From an uncultured Candidatus Poseidoniales archaeon (GTDB lineage Archaea; Thermoplasmatota; Poseidoniia; Poseidoniales; Poseidoniaceae), in NCBI GenBank assembly GCA_964577145.1, contig CAZNXM010000002.1:22601-86600 (forward strand): a stretch of 64,000 bases of DNA, read 5' to 3'. The translations under genes and the position numbers were made by a program. A model generated the notes under the pieces. That model searched no databases and was not told the DNA's origin. It was given only the letters and a program-made list of their open reading frames with translations. Every line of letters starts with the position of its first letter. The stretch's first letter is position 1. This document shows, piece by piece, positions 9,060 through 18,578 of the stretch.

Positions 9060-9857
9060 ATGCAAAAACATATGCCCTACACTTGTCATAGATGTTTCAT
9101 GGAGCGCAACGGTCTTGAGAGCCGAAGTCGTGATTCAAAGGTAGGCAACTGGGTAGGGGGTATTGCGACCTTCTTCCTTGTATCCTTTTTTTTGGTACCT
9201 TTTTACCTTCCAGCAGGCACAGTTCCAGAACTTTCAGGTCGTGCAAATTCATTTGATTATGCCAATGAAGATTCGTGGGGTAATGTTCAACTTGATGAGC
9301 ACAATGGAATTGGGCATAATCAATCCGAGCACGGCACTTTTGCTTGGAGTGATTTAGATTTTTATGCTGCATTCGTTTATGCATTTGGAGATCTAAATTG
9401 TCATAATAAACACGAGAGGTCATGGTTCATCAATGATAATCAGATGGCGGTTTGTGTGAGAGATATTGGGATTTTCCTTGGATTCGCAGTGGGCGGATTC
9501 GTCTTTTCAAGACGCGGAGTAAATCGTTGGACAATACGGGATTCCATGCTTTCCATATTCCCTGATGAATGGCTCACAGAAATCTATAGGAAGAATCACC
9601 GAACCCGAGCAGTCCTTGCAATGGTAGCATTGGCTGCAGTGCCAATGGCAATAGATGGATTCACGCAGATGCTCACTTCATACGAGTCTACAGCGACAAT
9701 GAGGTTAATCACAGGTTTACCATTTGGCATATTAGTCGGACTCTATCTTTGTGCTGCATTTTCAGCAAGGCCAAAGAAATTCGATATTGATGCATCTAGG
9801 GTGATATTACCTGGCGGGTCACGCTTCTCTCTAACAAATCCTCCAGAAGAAGAATAA
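9060..9857 (+). CDS. DUF2085-like multi-pass membrane protein
   Basis: 'CHNKHERSWFINDNQMAVCVRDIGIFLGF' resembles the DUF2085 signature (CHq.peRSf...g...lCaRc.Giy.G). Several TM helices are present. Confidence 0.45.
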   Translation: MQKHMPYTCHRCFMERNGLESRSRDSKVGNWVGGIATFFLVSFFLVPFYLPAGTVPELSGRANSFDYANEDSWGNVQLDEHNGIGHNQSEHGTFAWSDLDFYAAFVYAFGDLNCHNKHERSWFINDNQMAVCVRDIGIFLGFAVGGFVFSRRGVNRWTIRDSMLSIFPDEWLTEIYRKNHRTRAVLAMVALAAVPMAIDGFTQMLTSYESTATMRLITGLPFGILVGLYLCAAFSARPKKFDIDASRVILPGGSRFSLTNPPEEE

Positions 9858-11219
9858 TCACTCCGGCGGTCTCATTGACCACCAGACAATCAATTCGGAT
9901 TCATTCTGTGGAACTGGGCAATTCGCATGGCCGCTTGAGATCAGTTTTAGTCGCTCAATGACATGAGCAGTCGCCTTTCTAATCGCAGGCGAGGGGCGGG
10001 TTTTCTGCGAAGTATGAAGAATAGCTGGAAGCGCATCGGCCCAGTCTCCATCCGGCTCACTTCTCCTCCAACTTGCAAGTGCAGTTCGAAAAGGCCACAT
10101 CGCTAAGCAAAGCCGACCATATCCGAGATATGTATTGCGTAATTTGAACATTTGCGCCTCTGCAAAAGGAACGTGATTTTGCTGTCTATGGAGCCAACGT
10201 TCTTGCTCCAGCCACTTCACCAAGCGTTGAGTATGGCGTTTTGTTACTGTTCTTACCGGGCCCAATTGCCGATGCAGACTTGGAACATCAGTGGTATCAG
10301 TAAGTGAGAGTGTGCCAAGAATTGACCATGAAGCATGAGCGATTGGGCGGCTGGGGACATCGGCCTTTCTCGCTCTTACTTCTTCCCAATCGTCTTCTGC
10401 TTTTTTCATCCAATCTGCTGGAGAAATACCTTCAAGCCAATCTTCGAGTAATGAACTATGCTTTACAGGAGACCCAGGGAGTCTTTGTTGAGTTTGAACT
10501 CCTGCAGTTAATCTTCGGAGAAGGTGTCTATCCACTTGGTCCAAGTCTACATTTAGTGGTTCGGTTTTTTTATTGAAAAATGACCGAAGGGCTTCAGAAA
10601 GATTTCGTTCTAATTCATCAAGCCCGCCTTCATTGAGAATCGGTCCGACGATTTTGGTTTTGTTGAATGGAGCCGGGGTCTCAATTTTACCAGATAGAAT
10701 CGATTTGAAACCGGCACGAATTTTCGTTTGAATTTCAGTGGTTTCAAAGTATTCTTGCTTGTTAGAACCAGCCATCCTAAGTGTCCCTGAAGTTATCCGT
10801 TTCATTGCCTTTGCAGGGTCACAGTCAATCCAAATTACTAGGTCTGGAATCATTGCAGCAGCATTCATTTTAGCGATTTGTTCTAGTCCCAATTCCCCTA
10901 CAACTCCTTGATAGATCAATGAGGAGTGAATATTTCTATCTGAAATAACAAGGTCGCCATTGAGCAACTTAGGCCGAATCCATGTATGTGAATGGTCGAC
11001 TCTGTCTGCGGCAAATAATCCAGCTTCTTCCAGAGGAGAGTGGTCGCCCTTACTCACAGCCTTAAGAGCCAGTTTTCCAAGTTCACTATGTCTGCGTGGT
11101 TCGTGGGTAACATGGACGTTTGGAAATGCGAATTTTTTGGCAAGGTCGGCAAGAATTCGAACGGCTTCGCCTTTACCGGAGCCATCGCCCCCTTCTACTG
11201 TTATGAGGTACATCCTCAA
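9858..11219 (-). CDS. tmk: thymidylate kinase domain fused to an uncharacterised ~250-aa C-terminal domain
   Basis: The N-terminus 'MYLITVEGGDGSGKG' (P-loop), 'THEPRR' and 'ISDRNIHSSLIYQG' fit dTMP kinase. The rest of the 453-aa protein is W/R-rich with no family I recognise. Confidence 0.65.
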   Translation of the reverse strand: MRMYLITVEGGDGSGKGEAVRILADLAKKFAFPNVHVTHEPRRHSELGKLALKAVSKGDHSPLEEAGLFAADRVDHSHTWIRPKLLNGDLVISDRNIHSSLIYQGVVGELGLEQIAKMNAAAMIPDLVIWIDCDPAKAMKRITSGTLRMAGSNKQEYFETTEIQTKIRAGFKSILSGKIETPAPFNKTKIVGPILNEGGLDELERNLSEALRSFFNKKTEPLNVDLDQVDRHLLRRLTAGVQTQQRLPGSPVKHSSLLEDWLEGISPADWMKKAEDDWEEVRARKADVPSRPIAHASWSILGTLSLTDTTDVPSLHRQLGPVRTVTKRHTQRLVKWLEQERWLHRQQNHVPFAEAQMFKLRNTYLGYGRLCLAMWPFRTALASWRRSEPDGDWADALPAILHTSQKTRPSPAIRKATAHVIERLKLISSGHANCPVPQNESELIVWWSMRPPE

Positions 11220-12067
11220 TCCTCCTCGGTCTCATAATCCTCGAAGTCTTCCCGGTCAAGCATTGTGAGAATCATCGCAATTAGGATTAGACTTGGTCCA
11301 AAGATAATCAAACCTCTACTGAAAAGTGCAATCCAGCAAAACATTTGAGTTCGGCGATAGCGTTTTGCTTTCTTTATTTCGAATGAAGCGTGAACTCCAA
11401 CAAGTGCTGTACCTATAGTGAGCAATCCAATTGCCGAGGATAATGCAACTGCATTTTGCATCGACCAACCTTCGGTTTTGGACCTTTCATCTTCAATTCT
11501 TTCTCCTTCGCCTTCTAACATTGTCACAGGGGTAATCCCAATTGGTTCTGGGGTGAAATGACGAAGTACTGTAACATGTTCATCTAGAGTGAATTTCAAA
11601 ATGGAATATTTTACAGCTGCTCCCTTGAGGCTATATCTGCCATTTTCATCTGTCATATTAGACATCAACACAACATCATCGAACGGGTCAATCAGTTCAA
11701 TAGTGACATTTGCAATAGGGTCCCCTTCACTATCGAGAACCATTCCATGAATGTCCAAAGCATCAGTGGTATCGAATAGATTTGATTCCAATAGGTCCGA
11801 TGGATTACCTTGCAAAATCAAAATTCCTGATAGAATCCCCATCAGTGAGCCGATTAAAACCATGGTTGCTGCAAGGCTCCTTCGACGTTCACCTTGGCTC
11901 AACACTCCATCTTCAAGGTCAATTTCTTCATTTTGAATTGCTACTTGAACTACGAGTTCATCCTCTGCATCCTTTTCACGACGACGAGATTCAATTCGGG
12001 AACCAGTGACCTTATCCTGAACCCTTCGACGGAGTGCAGCAAGTCGATTTTCCTTTTCATCAGTCAT
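11216..12067 (-). CDS. membrane protein with carboxypeptidase-regulatory-like (Ig-like) domain
   Basis: 'GMVLDSEGDPIANVTIELID...TDENGRYSLKG' is a CarboxypepD_reg-like motif. It is flanked by one TM upstream and three TMs at the C-terminus, and there is a 4-nt overlap with tmk. Confidence 0.45.
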   Translation of the reverse strand: MTDEKENRLAALRRRVQDKVTGSRIESRRREKDAEDELVVQVAIQNEEIDLEDGVLSQGERRRSLAATMVLIGSLMGILSGILILQGNPSDLLESNLFDTTDALDIHGMVLDSEGDPIANVTIELIDPFDDVVLMSNMTDENGRYSLKGAAVKYSILKFTLDEHVTVLRHFTPEPIGITPVTMLEGEGERIEDERSKTEGWSMQNAVALSSAIGLLTIGTALVGVHASFEIKKAKRYRRTQMFCWIALFSRGLIIFGPSLILIAMILTMLDREDFEDYETEED

Positions 12068-12074
12068 CGATTAT

Positions 12075-12099
12075 CCCTCCGTCCTGAGTAAGCGGAGGG
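12075..12099 (-). promoter_or_regulatory. stem-loop whose 3' arm (on the mRNA strand) is the GGAGG ribosome-binding site of the 11216..12067 gene. It may also act as a terminator for the upstream M28 gene.
   Basis: The plus strand reads ccctccg-tcctgagtaag-cggaggg (7-bp perfect stem). The minus-strand RNA reads ccctccg cttactcagga cggaggg ataatcg AUG. Confidence 0.35.
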
Positions 12100-12111
12100 C
12101 GTGCGCGGATT

Positions 12112-13278
12112 TCACCCCTCCCCTGACCTATCCGCGAGATATACCCACACAATGATGGTCCAGATGAGCAATAAGCAAGCCATAATCATGACACCGATAG
12201 TGATTTCATTATTATCAGAACTCACCTCAGGATCTTCATTTTCATCTGGAATAATGCTCTCGTCGTCTACAAGAGGACTAACTCGTACATCAAGATATGA
12301 ACCAGAGCGCAAACCTAATTCTACCATCCTGCCTACCATTTCTAGGCTTTCAGCACTAACTTTGTCTGGAGTATCTTCATGCGTGTGCCAATGCCCTTCC
12401 CAATTTGAGGCATTTTCTCCGTAGGCGATATCTATGATGTCGATAGACGGGATTCCTCTTGAAATCGCCCATTCATGATCATCCCATACTCCGTACGAGG
12501 TATTGGTAGAGAACATCCCAATACCTTGTTCTTCGGTGCATGAATTTGAACTGGAGTACCCTAATGCATCGTTTATTTCGCTCATACGCAACCATAGAGT
12601 TTCATTTCCTTGAGTAGAGGGTGCAAGGTTTAGGAATGCATCACCTACCATATCTACCAAGATGAATGACTCGATTCCATCCGCTTCTTCATCACTCAGA
12701 TTTTCTGCCCATGCTCTTGCACCGAGAAGAGATGCAGATTCTCCGAAATCTTCTGCATCGGTGAAGAATAGCGTAACTTCGTGATCGAGTTCCATGCTAG
12801 GTATTATCCGAGCAAGCTCCAGCAAAACCGCAACACCACTTGCTCCATCGTTTGCCCCTGGAATAGGTTGGTCTCGCATACTCTCATTGGAATCTCTTTC
12901 CGCTACGGCGCGAGTATCGTAGTGTGCTGCAAGGTAGACAGTATTTCCCGCCCCTGAATTCCAAGTTGCGAAGAGGTTGGTAAGGGTAATTCCACTAAGA
13001 TGATGAGTAGATTCAGTAATCGCCCACCCACTCAAATTTTCTTTGATTGATTGGCGTAAAGCAGAACTTGCAGCACTACCTGGGACTCTTGGCCCTAATG
13101 AAACCTGATGGGAAACGCTTTCATTTGCATTTGTCCCATTGAAAAGTAATTGGTCAACAAGGGCGCAGTGTGCCGTTTGTGTTTCGTTAATTTCCTCGGA
13201 CGATGCGGTTGCACTAGCCATTGCCAATAGCAGTACAAGGCATATCGCTCGAATGCGCATTAATGACGCCACACCCAC
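12112..13278 (-). CDS. M28-family aminopeptidase, secreted with a C-terminal membrane anchor
   Basis: Has an N-terminal signal peptide (MRIRAICLVLLLAMASATA), 'GANDGASGVAVLLELAR', 'FFTDAEDFG', 'LVDMVGD' and a C-terminal TM (IGVMIMACLLLIWTIIVWVYL). Confidence 0.7.
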   Translation of the reverse strand: MGVASLMRIRAICLVLLLAMASATASSEEINETQTAHCALVDQLLFNGTNANESVSHQVSLGPRVPGSAASSALRQSIKENLSGWAITESTHHLSGITLTNLFATWNSGAGNTVYLAAHYDTRAVAERDSNESMRDQPIPGANDGASGVAVLLELARIIPSMELDHEVTLFFTDAEDFGESASLLGARAWAENLSDEEADGIESFILVDMVGDAFLNLAPSTQGNETLWLRMSEINDALGYSSSNSCTEEQGIGMFSTNTSYGVWDDHEWAISRGIPSIDIIDIAYGENASNWEGHWHTHEDTPDKVSAESLEMVGRMVELGLRSGSYLDVRVSPLVDDESIIPDENEDPEVSSDNNEITIGVMIMACLLLIWTIIVWVYLADRSGEG

Positions 13279-13348
13279 CCACTCTTAAATACCTCATTTC
13301 AAGTCGGATATCTGGAACGCAGTACTGCATTTCCGAGGTTGAGTAAAA

Positions 13349-16300
13349 ATGTCCGAACCGCGCTCCAATAGTGCCATTGTCATACTTCTGACATTTTTGC
13401 TATCCAGCATGGCTCCTTTGGCCTCAGCAGACTCCTCTGAGGAAGTCATTGATGACTCCCAATCCTTCGAACCGGTTTTCGGAAATCTCGATGACATAGT
13501 ACTGTCCGAGTCTCACCCATACATGATGCCAGATACAGATGAGAGATTGTATAGTGCAACACGACTGATGAAAAACGCATGGATAGATGAAGGGATGCCA
13601 GGTGTCGGCGCAAGTTCGTCGACAACTAGTGGTCGGTCATGTTCTCCTTACAACTTGGGAGACTCAGTAACAGTTCCTTCTTCGGGTGGAAGCATCGATG
13701 TAACGGTCGAGAAAACCACAAGCACTGCTGCCTTTATGGTTCAAGATGGTAGAACTCTATCTTCGACCGTCCTAAACAACTGGGCTAGTACATGGGATCA
13801 AACCGTATACCCTACACTGATGACATACTTCGGCAAGGATTACGGTGATGGTAGAGGAATTGCCGCACCCGACGTTGACGGAAATTGTCAGATTGAGGTC
13901 ATCATCTATGCTATTGATGGTGCATACAATGTCGGAGGTTACTTTTCCCCAGGTATGTCCTCGTCAAGAGAAGCCATTTTCATAGACATTGATGATGCAC
14001 CCTTAGCATGGTCAAAGGTCATCCTTGCTCACGAATTGCAACACTTGCTTCACAATGCTCTAGACCCATATGAAAACATCTGGATAGATGAAGGTGCAGC
14101 GGATATGGCGGCATTCCTGTGCTTCGGCGGCTCTTCTACATTGTACGGGCACGTCAACGCTTGGACTGGAGGTGCTGAACTTTCCGTCCGTTGGTGGAAT
14201 CAAAGAATAGCCGACTATGGAGGGGGTTTCATTTTCCTACTCTATATCGCTGACCATTTGGGTGGAGGTCCAGCAATTCGTAATCTTGCTGCTGATAGTG
14301 CAACTGGGGCCAGAGGAATCGAGAATATTGCCCGTAATCCAATTGGCGCAACCCCTGGAACAATCGGTCGTGATTTCATAGATATTTGGACCAATTTCAC
14401 AATTGCTGCAACTCTAGATAGCGACCAAGGTATCTACGGTTTGTCCAACCTATACATGTCCCCTGCTTGTGGTTCGAGTGATTTCTGTAGGATTCAACCT
14501 ACGGAGACCAATAGTGACTGGGTTGGTCCTTGGACTTCAACTGGAAATCAGTTAGAGGGTTGGGGTGTTAGAGTATTCAAATTCACACCGGGCAGTGCTT
14601 CGCCTGCACCTCTTACCATGAGATTTACCGGCGATCAAGCTGGAATGGATGGAGTAGTCATGAGCCGCTCTACTGCTGATGGAACATTCTCCAGAACCGA
14701 TATAAATTGGAATGGACAAGTAGGAACTGCATTGATTCCCGGGTTCGGAAACCTGACTGATGAAATATGGGCAATCACTTGGTTTGCAAGCACTCAAGGT
14801 GATTGTGACTACACTTCGTGCGGTTCATCATATCCTCAAGGGGAAATAGATGTAGAAGCAGCAAGAATTACCTCACCAGCGACCATCTCGCTAAACTCTA
14901 GCGTAACGACAGATCGTGATGGAGATGGTCTTGCAGATACTGCTGAGATTGAATTTGAGGTACTTTCAAATGCATTCTTTGAGGATTTAGATTTGAATAT
15001 CGAGGTAAGAAATAGTACTGGAATGCCAGTAGACTCTCTCGATGTAAGGATTGCAGCAGGCGGAGGAATTCCAGTATCTACCAAGTTCTGGTTTACCTCT
15101 CCTAATAGTGAATTGTACACTTTCAATCTAACAATGAAAGATATGCTTGGTGACGTGGTAGACAGCACTCAAACCGCTCCGCTATTCCTCGATAATATGC
15201 GCCCTAATGCAATGATTGAGATCGACCCATTGATGGCTCAGACTTGGGACAAAATCAGTTTCAGTGGAGATGGATTCGATGCATGGGGTACGTCGCTTGA
15301 CAACAATACTCTCCCTCATCTTGACTCACCAGTTGCATATGCATGGGACTTTAATGACGGCTCCTCTTCTAGTCTGAAGAGCCCAGTGCGTTCCTTTGAA
15401 CTCGTGGGTGAATACAATGTGACACTCAGGGTCCTTGATCGTGGAGGCATCTGGTCTAACGCAGAATCAATGATGGTGAATATTTCCGATGATTCTGCCC
15501 CTATGCCAATTATTACAGTTAATGGCGTAGTAATCGAGAATGAGATTTCAATCCTAACAGGCCAGAGGATATTGTTCAATGCTGAGCGTACTTCTGATAA
15601 CGTGCCAATTTCTTTCCTTGACTTCACGTGGAACTGGGGCGACTCGACTTCCGAAGGAGGCGTAGGTGTGACAGAGGCTCATCACAAGTGGGCAGACGGT
15701 CCAACTGCAAATACGACATATGAACTCAATCTCTCTGTAAGTGATGGAGTCAATATCGGGTCTAAGATTATCCTAGTGCATGTTAACAATCGCATACCCG
15801 TACAGGTATTTTCTGATGTAATCATCACAGAAACCTATACTCCAGTGCTAATGCCTGATATTTTCAGCGATACCGACGGCACAATTGTATCATGGAATTG
15901 GAATTTTGCAGAAGCAGTAAATTTGGATGGTGGCACTGTTGACCGCACAGACCTCTTTGTCGACTCAATCTCGGTAGAGTCGAATCCAATGCCAGCATGG
16001 AATTCACCTGGAGTTAAGACAGTAAATCTAACTGTAACCGATAATGATGGCGCTATTGCTCAAGCTCAAATCACGATTCATGTAATCAATCAGATGCCGG
16101 TTGCACAATATGTAGTCCGTGATACTACAAGCACAGGCTCTCCTGAGATTGACTTCAGAGAGAGTGATGGTTCAGTCGACATCCCATATACCTTTGATGG
16201 GCGTACAAGTTATGATCCCGATGGAACTACTGGCGATTCTAGTGTTCTCAGTTTCAATTGGACATTCTCAGATGGAATGGCCTCTGATATGCCTCTTGTC

Positions 16301-17521
16301 ACTCACAATTTCTCTACTCCTGGTGAACACTGGGTGAGTTTGAGAGTTACCGATGAGCATGGTGATGTCAGTGAAGAGAGATTGATGACAATCAGAATAG
16401 ATAATCCTCGGCCAGTTGTACAGGTTAGAATTCTCGATGCATGGCTTGATGGAATGATTATCACCGACACAACACCTCTTCCTGAAGGCATTCAGCCATC
16501 AGCATGGTCGCATACATTCGATGAAGATGGCAATACTGTCACAGCACCAGGACAATTGCTATTCTTCGATTCAGCGGGCACTAGAGATGGTGACCGACGC
16601 TTCGAAGGGCGTTACGTGCCCTTAGAGTCAAACCATTCTGATTGGAATGGTTTGGTGGAATATTCGTGGGACTTTGGCGACGCATCACCGATTTCACATG
16701 AGCCAATGCCTTGGCATTCCTATGAGCGTCCAGGCACATACAAGGTCACACTAACAGTCAGGGACGCATATTTGACAGGAGATGTTAGTCGTGCAACGTT
16801 TACCATTGAGGTAGATGCATTACCTGAAATCCACGATATCAGCATTCCTGTTGAAGTCTATGTTAACTCATCAGTAGCCATTTCCGCTAATATTTCAGAT
16901 GCTGAATTGAATTCAGGAACAGTGATTTGGCGAGACCTCGATGTCAATGACGGTTTGGATACCGATCACGATGAAAGAATTTCATCTGAGTTGACAGTAC
17001 TTTGGGAATTCGATATTGAGGATGATGCCGACCGAAATGGCGATGCTACTGATGATTGGGTTACTCCATCTGGCTCAGATGGCATCAAGGTAGCGAATGA
17101 CTGGGATAAGGCGGGAGAGCACACATTGCGTTTGTCTGTTTGTGATGGCATGGGAATGTGTACTTCTTCTGATTATGTTGTGGAAGTTCTAGCTGAAGAT
17201 GATGCTCCACCTAGCCTCTCAGATTTTTCAATTCAGGACTGGAAGGATTGGCTCGTCGATGCTAGTGGTGAATCGATGGTTGTACTCGCATTAATCATCG
17301 CGGTACTTGTTCTCGGCTGGGCGGTAATGAGAAGTCCAACCGAAGTCGAAGAAGAAGCAGCAGAGGCTGCTCAGACATATGAAGTTGAGGAAGTACAATC
17401 ATATGGTGGTGTACTCGGTATGGACCACCATGCTCCACCACCAGCGCCTTCTATTCTTTCAAAGGATGAACGCCGTAATGATTCTAGTGGATATATCCGA
17501 CCACTTCGCCGCCGTCGCTGA
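13349..17521 (+). CDS. giant (1390 aa) surface protein with an N-terminal gluzincin-like metalloprotease domain, at least 6 PKD-like Ig repeats, a C-terminal TM anchor and a charged cytoplasmic tail
   Basis: Has a signal-like N-terminus and 'ILAHELQHLLHN...WIDEGAADMAAF' (HEXXH plus a downstream Glu). PKD-type repeats are 'WDFNDGSSS...NVTLRVLDRGG', 'WNWGDSTSEGG...LNLSVSDG', 'VNLTVTDNDG', 'FNWTFSDGMAS...VSLRVTDEHG', 'YSWDFGDASP...KVTLTVRDAY' and 'HTLRLSVCDGMG'. The TM is 'MVVLALIIAVLVLGWAVM'. Confidence 0.7.
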   Translation: MSEPRSNSAIVILLTFLLSSMAPLASADSSEEVIDDSQSFEPVFGNLDDIVLSESHPYMMPDTDERLYSATRLMKNAWIDEGMPGVGASSSTTSGRSCSPYNLGDSVTVPSSGGSIDVTVEKTTSTAAFMVQDGRTLSSTVLNNWASTWDQTVYPTLMTYFGKDYGDGRGIAAPDVDGNCQIEVIIYAIDGAYNVGGYFSPGMSSSREAIFIDIDDAPLAWSKVILAHELQHLLHNALDPYENIWIDEGAADMAAFLCFGGSSTLYGHVNAWTGGAELSVRWWNQRIADYGGGFIFLLYIADHLGGGPAIRNLAADSATGARGIENIARNPIGATPGTIGRDFIDIWTNFTIAATLDSDQGIYGLSNLYMSPACGSSDFCRIQPTETNSDWVGPWTSTGNQLEGWGVRVFKFTPGSASPAPLTMRFTGDQAGMDGVVMSRSTADGTFSRTDINWNGQVGTALIPGFGNLTDEIWAITWFASTQGDCDYTSCGSSYPQGEIDVEAARITSPATISLNSSVTTDRDGDGLADTAEIEFEVLSNAFFEDLDLNIEVRNSTGMPVDSLDVRIAAGGGIPVSTKFWFTSPNSELYTFNLTMKDMLGDVVDSTQTAPLFLDNMRPNAMIEIDPLMAQTWDKISFSGDGFDAWGTSLDNNTLPHLDSPVAYAWDFNDGSSSSLKSPVRSFELVGEYNVTLRVLDRGGIWSNAESMMVNISDDSAPMPIITVNGVVIENEISILTGQRILFNAERTSDNVPISFLDFTWNWGDSTSEGGVGVTEAHHKWADGPTANTTYELNLSVSDGVNIGSKIILVHVNNRIPVQVFSDVIITETYTPVLMPDIFSDTDGTIVSWNWNFAEAVNLDGGTVDRTDLFVDSISVESNPMPAWNSPGVKTVNLTVTDNDGAIAQAQITIHVINQMPVAQYVVRDTTSTGSPEIDFRESDGSVDIPYTFDGRTSYDPDGTTGDSSVLSFNWTFSDGMASDMPLVTHNFSTPGEHWVSLRVTDEHGDVSEERLMTIRIDNPRPVVQVRILDAWLDGMIITDTTPLPEGIQPSAWSHTFDEDGNTVTAPGQLLFFDSAGTRDGDRRFEGRYVPLESNHSDWNGLVEYSWDFGDASPISHEPMPWHSYERPGTYKVTLTVRDAYLTGDVSRATFTIEVDALPEIHDISIPVEVYVNSSVAISANISDAELNSGTVIWRDLDVNDGLDTDHDERISSELTVLWEFDIEDDADRNGDATDDWVTPSGSDGIKVANDWDKAGEHTLRLSVCDGMGMCTSSDYVVEVLAEDDAPPSLSDFSIQDWKDWLVDASGESMVVLALIIAVLVLGWAVMRSPTEVEEEAAEAAQTYEVEEVQSYGGVLGMDHHAPPPAPSILSKDERRNDSSGYIRPLRRRR

Positions 17522-17553
17522 AGGGAAAGCCGATTAACCCCCAATAATGGTCT

Positions 17554-17571
17554 CACCCCCGTAAGGGGGTG
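17554..17571 (+). terminator. GC-rich stem-loop with GNRA (GUAA) tetraloop just after the giant gene, possible terminator
   Basis: caccccc-gtaa-gggggtg is a 7-bp perfect stem lying 33 nt after the stop at 17521. No clear T-tract follows. Confidence 0.3.
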
Positions 17572-17588
17572 CTCCATTGAGTCAACGA

Positions 17589-18578
17589 ATGGTTTGGGCT
17601 GTCCTCATCGTGATGATGATTCCCCTTCTCCTCCCTTCCAATATTTCTCCGATTGGAGAAGTCAGTGCTGCTGAACGCTGCGAAGGAGATATCATCCCAG
17701 CACAATGGAATAAGAGCATAGAGCGCTTTGCAAAAGTACCAATGATAAATCCCTGGAATCAGAGATGGATTGACGAAGGGCAAGAGCCCATAGATGAACC
17801 ATCGAATGATGACGAGGAACCAGCGACATACGATGGTCCAGAAGAAGAATGGATGTACCAATGGGACGGAGGAAATGAACTCGTTCGATTGACGCAGGAT
17901 GTTCAAACTACGATGCTTATAGGAAATGATTCGGTTGGAATATTGCGAATAAATTTGCATGAGGACCGCAGGACTACTTTTTGCATCAATATCCAAGCAG
18001 TTGAAGATGGAGGTTATGGGGCAAAAAGAGGAGATGTATACCTCATGACTTCAAATCAATGGGATAGATATTCTTGGTCATATGATTCAAGACATGGCTA
18101 TTATGATTGGGATTATGAACAAAACTCAGAGAGAGATGCATCAGATGTACCCCCCGAATGGAGGAGCTTCGATATCACTGGGTGGAGGACTTATCGCGAT
18201 ACGCATCAATATGAAGATGTAGAAGAAGTCTCATTTTCAGTTTCTTTAGACGGTCCTGAAGTGCATTCTGGGCTATTTTCGGAACCCACTAGAGAGTATT
18301 TTTACATTGTAATAGATAATACAGATAATTCACATGGCGACGATGCGATGAATGATGGTTCAGTGATAATCGCAGATGTGAGTATAGTAAGTGATGCACG
18401 ATCAACCATACTTCCTCAATGGACTGTTTCTATATGCTGCATGGTGATGATGGTTGGAACACTTGCAATTCCTGTGGTGATGAATAAACGATACATGTCT
18501 GCAGGACTTGACGTCCAACCTATTGCTCCAAATGAAGATGGCTTGGTGCCATCGCTTGAGCAGGACTCTAGTACCTAA
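17589..18578 (+). CDS. secreted, C-terminally membrane-anchored protein of unknown function
   Basis: The ORF track starts at a TTG (17577). The ATG at 17589 gives a signal-like N-terminus, MVWAVLIVMMIPLLLPS. The ectodomain is acidic and W/Y-rich, with a C-terminal TM (VSICCMVMMVGTLAIPVVM). Confidence 0.4.
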   Translation: MVWAVLIVMMIPLLLPSNISPIGEVSAAERCEGDIIPAQWNKSIERFAKVPMINPWNQRWIDEGQEPIDEPSNDDEEPATYDGPEEEWMYQWDGGNELVRLTQDVQTTMLIGNDSVGILRINLHEDRRTTFCINIQAVEDGGYGAKRGDVYLMTSNQWDRYSWSYDSRHGYYDWDYEQNSERDASDVPPEWRSFDITGWRTYRDTHQYEDVEEVSFSVSLDGPEVHSGLFSEPTREYFYIVIDNTDNSHGDDAMNDGSVIIADVSIVSDARSTILPQWTVSICCMVMMVGTLAIPVVMNKRYMSAGLDVQPIAPNEDGLVPSLEQDSST

